DNA from: Callorhinchus milii
Lineage: Eukaryota
DNA length: 64,000 nucleotides
Assembly: GCF_018977255.1 (NCBI RefSeq)
Contig: NW_024704742.1
Coordinates: 45,572,001-45,636,000, forward strand
Direction: 5' to 3'
Shown: positions 49,900-62,104 of the stretch, in pieces
Numbering within the stretch: the stretch's first letter is position 1
Layout: each line of letters starts with the position of its first letter
The notes under the pieces: generated by a model
What the model was told of the DNA's origin: nothing
What the model saw: the letters and a program-made list of their open reading frames with translations, nothing else
Databases searched by the model: none
Translations under genes and position numbers: made by a program

Positions 49900-50645
49900 G
49901 GGCGTCGACGTCCATGGTTAACCGGCATCCGGCAAAAGCGATTCCACTGTACCTCAAAATTAAACATAGTATATGGTATTTCTTAACAGAATTATTTACG
50001 AAGGAATTTGAGCTGCTTAAATAGTAGCTCCTTCTGGTATGGCATGAGACCTGCTTTGTGATGTAATCTACTTCACATAGGTCACCAAGAAGTCTAATAG
50101 GATTCCTTACCCACCACTTTTATTCCCGGCACCTGTGGATATGTTGGAAATAAGAAGCCTTTCAAGAAGAAAATAAAAACCACAGAAGGAGAGAATGCTG
50201 TGTTCTAGTGTGATATTGCTTCAGATGAAGAAGATTTGCAACTCTTTCAGATTGATAGGACAATTGATTTATCAAGAACAGACGTTGAACAAAATTGGAC
50301 ACACAATAGGTACATCTGTGTGCATGTGCTCAATGGGGCAAACAAGGTCAATATGACACTGTAATGGTTCATTAAAAAGTATTACCTTATCAGGATGTAA
50401 TGTTTTTAGGTATGGATTTTCATAAAAATGGAAAGTCACTTAGGGGGAGTAATTCCATCTAGACTTATTCAATTTCCTTACAATTTCATAGCATGCAGAA
50501 TTTAACAAATTCGTAAATATTGCTTTGATTTTCCTTTTAGGAACTAGCAAAAAAAACACCTTAAAAGGTAAGAAAGTCAAGTATCTAGACCCAGGTGGAA
50601 TTTTTCTATTTAGTGCTTCAAATGATAGAAACTCCACAACAAGAA
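49900..50645 (+). mobile_element. Harbinger transposase fossil (near full length)
   Basis: KAIPLYLKIKHSIWYFLTELF; VM*STSHRS (ISQSTAHRC); IPGTCGYVG; YYLI; EFNK..TLKGKKVKYLD; LHN. Confidence 0.65.
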
Positions 50646-50669
50646 TCTATAATACTTTGAGACTCTCAG

Positions 50670-50960
50670 ATAAAATGATCAGTGGTTGAATTTTGCAGAA
50701 GATGTATTTTTCTATAGATAAAACTCATAATGCGTGAGTGAGGAGAGAACCACCCTTGAGTGCCAAGTAACTGTGATGTATCCCTCCCCCTCAAAACACA
50801 AGCAGAATCAAACACTTTATTTCTCTTTTGTGGAACAGATGAAAATCCAATACAAGTGCATCATTAGATTTGGAAAATTGGAGTCATCATTAGGTTCTTG
50901 TCTTAATGGAGTTCAATTGCATCAATGTGTAATTTTGCTCCCAAAAAGGAAGTGTACAGT
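50670..50960 (+). mobile_element. Harbinger transposase fossil (N-terminal part)
   Basis: NDQWLNF; TLECQVTV; RFGKLESSLGSCLNGV (RFGISESSVHRCINEV). Confidence 0.5.
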
Positions 50961-51499
50961 CCCTGCCATGGGATCTTCTCCTAACCACCCTGTGCACAGA
51001 AAACTGCAAACACCAGCATGAGCAACCATACATTGTGCACAGTTTCACTGAAGCAACCTGCACTGATATATTCACATGAGGGAGAAGGGAAAGGATATGA
51101 AAAGGTAAGGAACAGATGGAGACTTATATGGAGTATAAACAGAGGCATGGTCCTGTTTCTGTCCTGTGGGTTCTATGAAAATCTACGTAAGGACATTTGA
51201 TCCATCAGACCTGCTTCTTCCATAGACGACACAACATTTGAACCACACCACCTGCTCTACCTTCTGGCAGAAACATCTGAATTGGGCTTAAATCCCAAAG
51301 TAAAGGAACCGAACACTCCAGTAAATTCATTAAGCCTCACATCACCGCTATTGAAATCTATCTCACTTCCCTTAAAAACACATATCACCTCCTTCTTTGG
51401 ATCCAGAATCATACATACAGTATATATTAAAAAAAAGGATCTTGTGGAATGTCATCTTTGTTTCCATCTTTATCTGGATGCTCCATACTGTTCCCAGAT

Positions 51500-51870
51500 C
51501 CTTATGGAGATCCTTTCTAAAGGAATTAATTTGCATAGCATTAACTGCTTTTGTTGAGAGTCTATTCCATATACCCATTGGCTCTGTATGGGAAAAAAAA
51601 CCATGTAATCTCAAGTCATGCTTGAGGCTATTGAATATCAAATCTATCCTCTATGGTTCTGCTTCCATGGTCTAAGTCAATTTACATCTATATCATATTC
51701 ACCTCTCTGCATTCTGAAGACCTGAATCATATCTTTCCTCTAAAGCTATGTTTTATCTCAATGAAAACAAGTTCAGATCTCAGTCCCAGACTCATCCTTG
51801 TTTGCTTTTTCTCTAAATGTCTTTCATTGTTTCAATGTCTTTTTGAAGGTAGACTGCCCAAACCTAGGCA
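51500..51870 (-). mobile_element. old CR1 3' fragment
   Basis: FFSHTEPMGIWNRLSTKAVNAMQINSFRKDL. Confidence 0.65.
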
Positions 51871-51874
51871 TAAT

Positions 51875-52215
51875 ATGGAGTCCTGCAGCATATTGGTCAG
51901 AGGAGAGGATCTGGGTTTGATTTCTGCAGGGCGAAATCTTAGGCAAGTTTTATTACTGCACATGCCTCTGTTTATCTAGCAGTAAGTAGAATCCTGGATG
52001 CTATTCGATTCATGGATTGCTTTCTAGGGGTTATAAATCCTTTAAAATTAAATAAAAAGGTCACTCAATCCACCACTGTTTGTGTGCAATTGGCTGCCCA
52101 TTTTTCCCCCCAAAATATACAGTCAATACACTTTATTATATATTCTGTGAAGCACTTTGAGACGTTTTAATGATGCAATAAGATGCTATATCAAATGTAA
52201 GGATTATTATTATTA
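51875..52215 (+). mobile_element. long-subfamily SINE
   Basis: ggagtcctgcagc head through (ATT)n tail. Confidence 0.85.
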
Positions 52216-52619
52216 ATTTTGCAATTGAAGGCTTACAATGGCTTACATAAGGTTAGAATAACTTCTTTAGATTTAAATGTCTTCAAAATGAAACCCTTAT
52301 ATAGGAGAACAAATGATCCACCCACCTCCCCCGCCGCCCCCAACTGGCCTCTCCTCCACCACCACCAGTTCCAGTTGAGTGTTGCCTTGTAGGTCTAGTT
52401 TTCCCCTATATTTAACCAAATTGACTGACAATGGCTTCACAATACCTGGTATTTTGTAGGCTTTCATCACAGATCATAATAATCCTTATATTTGATATCA
52501 AGAAGACATACTAAAGTGCTTCATAGGAAATACTGTAAAGTTCAGTGATTGTGATTTTTGGGGGCAAACGTGTGTTTTGTGGGAAATAATGTTGAAATAA
52601 CATAAATTTCACTGCCTTC

Positions 52620-53100
52620 AATGAATGATTTAAAAAATCCTATCTTTCCCACCTCTGTAAATGCACACCTCTCACACGTGTTTACTGTTTCTTGTTCCAA
52701 TATACATTAACTTAGATTTATCTACATTTAAAAACCATCTGAGTCTCTTGGCTCATCCATTCAATTGGTCCAAATCTTTTGCGTTCCATTTATCCTCCTT
52801 GTATCGTTCATCTGCCAACATACTATCATCAGCAAATGCAGTAATATTACAAGAAGTGCTCTATTGGAAGTCATTCATGAACGATGTAAACAACAAGGAT
52901 GCTGAAGAGGCTTCCGCAGAATTCCACTAATCAAATGTCCCAGATGGAATTTTACCATTTATCATTCCCTTCTATCACCTGTTGAGAAGTCAATTTTCTA
53001 TCCCATTAACTACAGTAATTTGCCATTAGTTCTTGGAGCTTTCACATTCTTATATTACAACATTATGAAATTCCCTTTTGAAAATCCAAAATATTTTTAA
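52620..53100 (-). mobile_element. old CR1 RT fragment
   Basis: LLFTSFMNDFQ*STSCNITAFADDS. Confidence 0.75.
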
Positions 53101-53259
53101 ATAAGGGGCAAACAAATATCAACAATAACATGCAGGACAATAAATAGCAAGGTGTATCAATGATCTTTGTTAGGGTTGATATTGTATTTGCTGTACATAG
53201 ATTATTTGAAGTGGGGATGGCAACAAAGCAAATAACAAGCTAACCAAAAACAAACAGAC

Positions 53260-53960
53260 CTGAATAGATCAGGGAGTTGGCTGACAAAATGTCACTTGAT
53301 GTGGATAAATGCAGAATGATGTGACTGGGGAAGGAGAATAAACAGTGGGATTATAGCATAAATGGAATTAGTTTAGAAGACACTACTCAGGAGAGGGATT
53401 TTGGGGTACTGATTGATAGCTAAAACTATTGGTAAAATGTATAGCAGCAGTGAAAAAATAAACATAAATTGGGGGTGTTTTGCTGAATGAATAGAGCATG
53501 TGTCATACAAAGTGATACTGAACTGGTATAAAAGCACTGGTCTAGGCCATGCATATTGTGTAGAATTCTTGGCATGGTGTTGGGGAAGGGGGAAGGGTTA
53601 CAATGAAGCAAAACTAGACTGGTGACAGGAATTAGGCACCTGAGTAAAGAGCAAAGGCTTGAATCACTGAGAATATGCACACTAAGAAAGAGATGACCCA
53701 GGGGAAATCTTGTAGTATTCAAGGGCATGGCATAGATAAACTGAATCTTAATAGCATTTAACGTAATCACAAACTTTAAACTAAGGGGGCATGGACTCAA
53801 GGTCAGAACAGAGGAAGGTGATCAGACAGTTTAGATTTAATTAAATTCAACAGAGAGGTGAATAATTGGAATGGACATTCAATGAGATGGTGGAGATAGA
53901 CTGTGTCAGTAAATTACAGAAGGGATTGGATAGCCATTGGTAATTGAGGGATATGTGAGG
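53260..53960 (+). mobile_element. old CR1 ORF2 3' fragment
   Basis: DVDKCRMM, QERDFGVLID and downstream CR1 segments. Confidence 0.75.
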
Positions 53961-54609
53961 TAAAAGTGTAACATACAGGTCCTTGCCTAAACCACTTTCC
54001 TGGGAACTTGGTCCAGTTGTTGATTACCCTCTGATTAAATAAGTGCTTCCTCATATCTGTCCTGAAATTGCTCTTTGCAGCTCTAAATCTGTTCTCTACC
54101 TCAAACCAGTAAAAACAGTTATGAGCATCTGTATAAATGTCCTATTTACTCATGAAATCCTGTTCATCCTTGTATTTGATATTGTGCCTTATCAAGTCAT
54201 TGAGACATCTCAAAACGTTTCACAGGATACACTGTAAAGTAATGACTGTGTATTTTGGGGTGAACTTGGCAGCCAATTTGCACACAACAATGTACTGCAA
54301 ACAGAAATGGAGTGAATGACCAACTTTATTTGGGGGATTTGTTGGCCAGGACCCCAAGGGAGTGAATCTGTCTTCTCTTTTTAAACAGTGCCATGGGAGC
54401 TCTTAAACTTAATCTTAGCTAAGCATTCATTACTACTGCATTCTGATTGGATATACAACAACTTGCATTTAATTAGGGGGCACTTAAATATACATTTGTT
54501 ATGGAAGCCAATTTTTTTTAGCTGATACGAAGCACATTTTTCACAGATTTTAATTGAAATGCTACTTTGCCTTTTAAAAAAACAGATTTCACTGATCAAC
54601 TCATAATTT

Positions 54610-54960
54610 TGTCCCGTGGGCACAGTACACCCAATAAGCTGGCTCGTGTAGTAAGTTATGAGTAAGAGAGCATAGACAGATACAGTGACTGGGTGAATTA
54701 TGGCAGATGGAATTTAACATAATAAAGTGTGAGTTAGTGAAACACATTCTAAATTCGGATGCACTAGGGCAGACAGAAAAATGAAGGGATTTAGGGGTCC
54801 AAGCAATATATTGTTCAAATATAGTTGGGCCACTATAGAAAGCATTCAAAAGGAAAATATTAGGCCTTATAACAATGGGTCTGTATTTTGAAAGCAGGGA
54901 AGTATTGTTTCAGTTGTATAGAGTTTTATTCAAACCTCAATTGAAGTATTGTACATGTTA
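54610..54960 (+). mobile_element. old CR1 fragment
   Basis: WQMEFNIIKCE, DLGVQ, LYRVLFKPQLKYC. Confidence 0.7.
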
Positions 54961-55429
54961 ATTTGATACCATCCAGATAGAGTATAATTGTCTTTTTTGG
55001 TCTTGTGTATTCTTATCCCATATTATCATCTATGGTAACTTTACACTCTCATGAAAACATGTTTCATAATGTCAGACCTACTTTGGATATTATTGGTGCG
55101 ATTTTATGTTGTGTGCTCTTAAGTAATTGCAACCTTGGACTCAAATAAAAAGTAGACAATTAAAATCAAAAAATCAACTTATCAAGAACTAAAATAAAGT
55201 AACAACATATTTTAAACCATTTGTTTGTTCCCTAAAATTGTTTGACCATCTCTCATTCCCTTTGCCTTCTAGTCCTCTTGATTCCATCTCACAACTTGGG
55301 TGAAACCTCCGCCTCCAGCACCTCGGGACATCCTCCCAACATGAAACATGCGATATAAATGCAATTTGTTGTTCTTTTTGAAACTTCAGACAGAGTAAAA
55401 GTGGTTTTAATTCCCCACCTCTGCAACAA

Positions 55430-55830
55430 AAACATTCCTAATCTTGAAACATCATATATATTGTGCTTTATTGCATGCAAACTGATTTACAGAATCAGAG
55501 CTATTACATCAAATATGTGGTGTAGCCATAATGTAGTCACACAGATTTAATATTTGATAACAATAGAATTCTTTGTAAAACAAGACAAGATACAATGCTT
55601 AAACTATATTATGAAGTACATTTAAATGGAGAGTGATAAATTTTGTACAGAAAAAAATTATATTCCGGTTATTTTGACAAACTACCTACAACATGCATAC
55701 ATTAATGTGTTGGAGATTCTAAGGTTACAACCTCCCAGATCCAATTTGTTACACTAGTTCCAAGATCTTTTGTCCTATGTAATGCTCTTATCTTTTTTCC
55801 TAAAGGTGCAAATTCATATTGATATTTGGT
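55430..55830 (+). mobile_element. Harbinger transposase fossil
   Basis: IPNL..ILCFIACKLIYRIRA (VIGAIDCTHI.IRA); IFDNN; VGDS/GYNL (LGDSGYPL). Confidence 0.55.
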
Positions 55831-55959
55831 TCCACAGGTACTGGTTGCCCTCCGGTAACTCACTCATGGAGCCTTCTTCACTTATGAACTTAGAATATTA
55901 GTGTCACCAAGCAATTCAACCATGGATAACCATCATAAGGTCATAAGAGTGATTTTGAT

Positions 55960-56470
55960 GAAGAAGGCACTTTGCCCATTTCATCCTTCCAAAATACGAA
56001 CATTCCCATCTTTCTATTACAACATCACAGTATCATATCCTTTCTTCATTCAAGGCCAAAACTATACTTTCCATCAGGCTCACTGGATAAAGATCAAGAG
56101 CTTTTGATCCCTATACATCTAAATTTCCCAGGGCAGTTTCCTGGCTTAGATTAAGACTACATCTTATCATGAGGTAAGCCTCTATTCAGTTACTTCTCTT
56201 GCTTCTAGAAGACGTGAAAAGCGCTATATCAAATGCAAGGATTATTATTATTATTATTGCTTTTCTGAGTGCTCCATTAAATACATTATCGTTCATAGTT
56301 CCGGTGATTTCATTAAAATATGACTCAAGACATGCGGCATGAATGAATGGAAGATGAATTAAAAAATATGCCACACTCAGCCTTTATTTCAAGCTTAATA
56401 TCCAGGTATTCAGAGTCTGACCTCTTAGTCTGGAAACTGTCATTGCAGAATATGCTAAAATTCCTATTAA
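55960..56470 (-). mobile_element. Harbinger transposase fossil
   Basis: YFLIHLPFI (YFSINLQAV); TGTMNDNVF (PGSMNDARVF); LYP; DVVIERWECSYFGRMKWAKCL (RVVIERAFGRLK.RFRCL). Confidence 0.7.
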
Positions 56471-57109
56471 AATGCATCAGCATTTAAAGCTGTACTTCCG
56501 CACAATAATCATAGAAAGAAAGCACAGAATTGTAAAAATGATTTTAAATTTGGAAGCCTGCACTATGATAGCTCCCTGCTGGACTTATATAACCTAATCC
56601 CTTTTCCTTGCTTTTTCCCCATGGATATGTAAGACTGTTGCAGCAGGTTTTTTTTCCAAGTTTAGTCCAGAGAAATTCTGTTTCAATATTGCGCCCAATT
56701 ATGCCCTACCTTTCCACTGTTGTAATTCTGATCTTAATTATAGGTGTTCACCTATGTAAAACATAGGCCACTTTGAAGCTTTAAAGGACGGCATTTCCAA
56801 CAATGTGCCACACTGAGCCAGGCTGATACTTCATGTTTGTGTTTTGCTCAGTGAAATCACAGAATTGTAAAAATATTACAAAGGGCTTGTGCCATGTCAG
56901 TGACACATCAGTGACAATTTAAGGCCCATAACCTTTTAAAGCCATAACTGATTCTTTAATTTGTATGAATATTTTATATAGAATATTAACCTAATTCCTT
57001 TTAATATATATAAGTGGTTTGGGACGTCCACCTGAAAGTGGCCTTTTGCCATTTTCACCAACCAGCTCCACTTGTTTGGGCTACTCCAATAGAATTAATG
57101 ACTGATTCA

Positions 57110-57785
57110 TAACAACAACAACTTGCACTTATCTAGATCCCTCCACGCAGGGTAGTGTCTTAGACCACTTAACAGTGGCTGGAGCCTAACTCCGAGCCAG
57201 GAGTGGGAGGTGGGGGAGGGAAGGTGACCGTGGGAGGGAGGGGACAAGATGGAAGGTTTGAGGGAGTGTTCCAGAGTTTGGGGATGTAATGGCTGAAAGT
57301 ACGACCTTCAATGGTGTAATGGAGGGTGCGAGGAACAAACAGGAGGCAGGTGCCAGTCGAGCGGAGGAGCCGGGTGGTGGATTGGGAAGTGAGGAGGTTG
57401 GAGAGATAGGGAGGTGGCAGGGAGTGAATGGTTTTGAACACAAGTGTGAGGATCTTGAAGTCGATCTGTTCGGTGATGGGGAGCCAGTGGAACCTGGCCA
57501 GAACTGGTGAGATGTGGGTACAGAGTTTGGTCTGGTTTGGTATAAGGGCAGCAGATTTCTGAATGAGCTGGATTTTTTGAACAGTTGAGTTGGGGAGACT
57601 GGCGAGGAGTGTGTTTGAGTAATCCAAGTGGAGGGTGACAAATGCATGTACGAGGGTTTCGGCTGCATTTGGGGTAAGGTATGGTACAAGGTGGGCGATG
57701 TGGTGGAGGAAGGCAGGCCGGTCAGTCACTGAATGTGGTGGAAGAAAGACATGCCTAGATTGTGCACTGGTTTAGTGAGTCTGAC
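57110..57785 (-). mobile_element. L2 LINE 3' fragment
   Basis: ORF 57169-57729 AETLVHAFVTLHLDYSN..ARFHWLPI..FKIL. Confidence 0.92.
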
Positions 57786-57839
57786 CATTACTAATGGTCA
57801 AGTGGTCCATTCCCTTCTGTCGAGTTGTTTTATTTGCTC

Positions 57840-58390
57840 GATTAAATGAAACATTCTATTGGAGCTGAGCTGACTATTAACAGAAAATTAAGATGCAATA
57901 GCATTAAAATGTGTATTCCTACATCAGTGATAATTGTGGGAATTCGCCCTTCATCTTATGCAAAGACTGACTTAATAGTATTGCACAAGATGGTTCTGCC
58001 TAAATGAATTTAAACTTAATATTTAAGCTTGACATCACGAAGCAACTCAGAAATTGTTATCCTTACTCTTGATTAAACTGACTACAGGAAGACATATTTT
58101 CCTTACTGATTAAAAAGTGAAAATTATATTCTGCTCACTTCTCCTAGTTACAGCCTTATTTGGAATAAATCATCTTGGCTTTCGTTCTCAAATTAACAAA
58201 CAAATTGAGAATAAGTGTTTAGATTTGGACTCTGAGTAGTCTTTCAACGTTAAAAAAATCATTTTGGCTTTTTTCAGACAAAGGAATGCAAGCGACAATG
58301 ATCACAGTGCAATTGTTTTTTTTTCTTAAGGTTCTTCGTCTGAGCTGCAACCACTTTGTATGGTTCCACCATAATTTCATCAATGCTAAG
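57840..58390 (+). mobile_element. Harbinger transposase fossil (C-terminal half)
   Basis: TINRKLRCNSIKM (INRKGFHSINV); RPSS..D; CYP; LRISV*I..TLKKSFW; HNF. Confidence 0.65.
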
Positions 58391-58569
58391 ATGCCTGGCT
58401 AAGAAACACTGTTGTCTGTCTACTTTGCAAGTTTTTTAATTGGAGTTCTTCATAAGCCAATTGAAGGCTCCAATTTACAGTGGCCCATGGGAACTCCACT
58501 CTGAAGCAATTTACTTCAGGAATAAAGTTTGGAGTTCTGTACTATTCTGCTTGTGCAAGACATCACTTA

Positions 58570-59070
58570 TGTTGGCTTTATCTATGCTAAAAAAAAAGGT
58601 GTAGCTTAAAATATGCACTTATCCATCTGTCATCCATCTGTCTAGACAGACTATAATAGACTGGACAGATGTATAACCAACACATGATCAAGGGATGGGA
58701 AGATGCACGAGTATACAAGGACAAAGAGCAATTTCATGTCCAAATATCAGATGTACCACATGGCTGTTTACTTTCTTCTCCATCAGACCACAGGAACTCC
58801 CAGCTTCAACACCATGATGGGGCCATGAACAACAATAGCAGTTTGCTCTGGGGAGGACAACTCAAGAGTTTTAGAAAGACTCAGGGTAAAACCCAGACTG
58901 GGAGGGAATATAAGCAATAGGGGGTATCCAGGCATCAAAGTGATAGGTCTTAAGTCAGCTTTGTCAATTGAGAGGGTGGGCCTAAATTGTGAGCTGAAAG
59001 TTCCATTGTGGTGCTGATGTCCACAATCTTCTAACTCCAAAGCGAGAGTTATACTCCATTGCATGTTCTA
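58570..59070 (+). mobile_element. Harbinger transposase fossil (GWE-type)
   Basis: YAKKKGVA*NMHLSIC (YRNRKG..QNVLAVC); KGWEDARVY (GWEGSAHDARV); VPHGCLL; SIERVG; ILH. Confidence 0.55.
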
Positions 59071-59698
59071 GGCAGAAAAGCCACAAGATGGTTTATGTAG
59101 GAAGTCCTGCTTAGGATGGTTCTCTTCTGAGACTGAGACAGTGCGGATTCCCAGCCAGACAGATACAGACCTACACAGAGACTCTCATTATAACACAGGC
59201 TTAATCTGAGGGGGGACAGTGGGACCAAGAACAGTAATACAAGTGTGGAGGGTTGCAGGCACCTAGGCTAGTGATAGCTGCTTGCTTCCTCTCCTATAGA
59301 CCCATGTACTGACAATCACCAACACTCCCGCCCACTCTAACCATTAACCAAGCTCAGGCCAACCATGTAACCTAAGCCTCATGCTCTCTGACCCTGGGCC
59401 AGGCCAAGATCTCCACCCTTCTAAGCCCAGCCCCAGCATCCACAGAGCGAAGGAGGGAGTGTGTCAAGACCTCCTTAAAAAGGTCCAGGCTTCACCCCTC
59501 AAGCCTTCCTGGCCTGAAGTCCTAGAGCCCCTTACAATAATGTTCATCATAAACAACTTTTTAAAAAGTGGATTTATTATGTATTAGTATGAATAGAAAG
59601 TAGATGACTCCCATAAAAATGAGATCCAATTAATAAGATTTGTTTTTAGAAAATTAAATTGTTGTCTTACCTTCGTAATTGTGGCTTTAATTGTGGCT

Positions 59699-59850
59699 GT
59701 AGAGTCCTGTAGCTCAGTGGTTAGAACACTTAACTTGCAAGCGAGAGACCTGGGTTTGATTCTCAGCAGGGTGAAATGTTGGACAAGTTTCCTTACTCCA
59801 CACACTTCTGTTTAACAAGCAGTAAGTAGGAATCTGGTTGTTAGTTGATC
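59699..59850 (+). mobile_element. long-subfamily SINE, head only
   Basis: gagtcctgtagctcagtgg..ggttgttagttgat, then an abrupt end. Confidence 0.85.
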
Positions 59851-60114
59851 ACGTCTTCGAGATGTCTCAAAGCACTTTACAGAATATACGGTAAAGTGAA
59901 TTGACTGAATATTTTGTGGGCAAAACGTGGCAGCCAATTGTGCACAGCAGTGTCCCACAACCAGTCGTGGATTGAAGTGACCAATTTATTATTATTATTC
60001 TTTTTTGAAGAAATTATTACCCCAGAAAAGCGATCCATCAATCGACTAACAACCGGGTTCCTACTTACTACTAGGTAAACAGAGATGCATGGAATAAGAA
60101 CATGACCAATGTTT

Positions 60115-60560
60115 CCAGAAGTCGCTGGGAACACTCAGCAGGTCAGACAGCATCTAATAATAATAATAATCCTTGCATGTGATATAGCGCTGTTCACGTC
60201 GGGAGGACGTCCCAAAGCGCTTCACAGAACACACTGTAAAGTGAATTGACTGTATATTTGTGGGCGAACGCGGCAGCCAATTGCGCACAGCAATGTCCCA
60301 CAAACAGTCGTAGATTGAAAATGACCAATTTATTATTGTTTTTGGTTTTTGAAGGGATTATTATTAGGCGTGTGGAGTAAGGAAACTTGCCCAAGGTTTC
60401 GCCCTGCCTGGAAATCTATGGAGAAAGGAAAGTGAGTCAACGTTTTGGGTCCACAACCTTTCATCAGTTATATATTTAAGTTGGTTAAAAAGCCACATTT
60501 ATTGCAGCTTGCTCCTGTTTTTGTTTCTGATTTCCAGCATCTGCGGTATTTTGCAGTTTG
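60115..60560. mobile_element. Penelope-like terminal repeat with inverted halves
   Basis: gctgggaacactcagcaggtcagacagcatct..acgttttgggtc..ctttcatcag plus inverted ctgtttttgtttctgatttccagcatctgcggtattttgc; family assigned from memory of shark repeats. Confidence 0.6.
60155..60413 (-). mobile_element. young short SINE, 5' truncated, TSD ATCT
   Basis: cagcATCT|aataat ... ggaa|ATCTatgg. Confidence 0.92.
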
Positions 60561-60869
60561 TGACTAACATTTCGCCCTGCCGGGAATCAAACCCAGGTCT
60601 CTCGCTTGCGAGGTGAGTTCTCTAATCACTGAGCTACAGGACTCCATGGCTTTAAAACCAGGAAACATAGGTTAGCACGTCAAAGATTGAGGAGATAAGA
60701 AGTCAACCTGCTTCCTGGTTAAGTGCCTTAAATTGTTTGCCTAGAAAATGCATAGTTGCTACACTATACTGTAAATGCAAATCTTTGAGACATCCTCCTG
60801 ACATGAACAGTGTTAGGGTCCCACATGCAAAAATTATTATTATCAAATCCTAATGAACTGAATTAACAA

Positions 60870-62080
60870 TGAGTTATTGTTTAAGAATCGTGGTTTGAGT
60901 TTCCTGAATAGTAGTTCAACAATAATTGTGAAATATTAAACTCAGTTGAGACATCTGCACTGGTATATGGAATCAGTTGCACATGGGCTGAGAATCATTT
61001 GGGAGCAGACACTTTGTGACTGGAATTGTAGCTTCAAGTACATCTGAAAAGGTCACCGTGGTCAACAATTTCTATGCCAGTGGCTGCCCCAAGGCTTTAG
61101 GGGATGATTATACAGCTATCTCGTAGTCAACCATGTTCACTTCTGCAAAGGATTTCCCTGATGCACTGCCAGTGAAACCTCTTAATACATACACTTCATA
61201 CACAACATGTATATGTTATATATGTATACCGATCTGTCTCCACAAAGCAGAAAGTTTATACCACATCTGGCTTCCTAAAGGTACTTGGTATTGCTGACAG
61301 CACTTATGTAAAGATATCTGCACTTACCCAAAATGCATTCACAAACAGGAAAGCGATCCATTGCCTGAATATAAAGACACTTGGTAATATCCATACTGTC
61401 ACTGCACTTGCCAATTACAGAAATTCTAAATATTACATGCTCAAATATTCCATTCCGATTCACTCTGCATGAAATATTCGAGAGGAATAACAGACAATGG
61501 TATCAAATTTGTAGAATTGCTTGCAGACAATAAAAATGTGTTTTGAAATGATTCCACCCCACGGACTTCTGGATAATAGTAGGACCCAAACCTGTCTAAA
61601 ACCCTGAAGACGATGACCTTAAACATATTTATTTCATTGGAGTTGAACAATTCTTTTATTGATAAAATGTGCCATAAACTCTTCAAAATAAGACAAAGAA
61701 CAATGTCATAAAGAAAGGTTTTCTAGTCAGAAAAGCACAGGTATCCCACATGAATTTATATATTTAAGGTGGTTAAAAAGCCACATTTATTGTAGCTTGC
61801 TCCTGAGCATAGTCTAAGTTAATGCAAAATCCCAGCCTCATAATGGGTTTTGACTTTGTGTCTTATCTACTAGTGTCCAATGTTTTGTGTACATCTAAAT
61901 TCAGGTATAGAATACAAAAACACTCATAGGCAATAATGATTTTTGTCTGAATAGCCAGAGCCAAGTATTCACGATGAAGTTCCTTTGGTGTCTGACTGAA
62001 AAAAAGTCTACTTCAGATGCTTGCAATAAAGTGAAATGTTTATCGATTATCGTTCTACAAATTTTTCATGTATGACCTGA
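60870..62080 (+). mobile_element. Harbinger transposase fossil (best preserved, near full length)
   Basis: EKVTVVNNFYASGCPKALGDDYTAIS*S..DFPDAL; TKQKVYTTSGFLKVLGIADSTYVKISA..FTNRKAIHCLNI; YKNTHRQ; SFGV; YFRCL. Confidence 0.85.
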
Positions 62081-62104
62081 GATCTCCTCAAACAAAAATA
62101 GCCT

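Larger units (their letters stand above)
59848..60647 (-). mobile_element. long-subfamily SINE lacking its tail, split by a Penelope-like insertion
   Basis: Body 59848-60114 and head 60561-60647. Confidence 0.85.

Noticed and set aside
50150..50330. Ig I-set-like peptide TEGENAVF*CDI..YIC
   Set aside because: Cys spacing is too short, the core Trp is missing, and flanking motifs place it in a Harbinger fossil
56523..56874. 17 bp direct repeat cacagaattgtaaaaat
   Set aside because: Short and AT-rich; similarity does not extend convincingly
61328..61364. 37 nt minus-strand exon candidate
   Set aside because: Antisense to the clearest transposase fossil, with no partner exons or recognisable peptide
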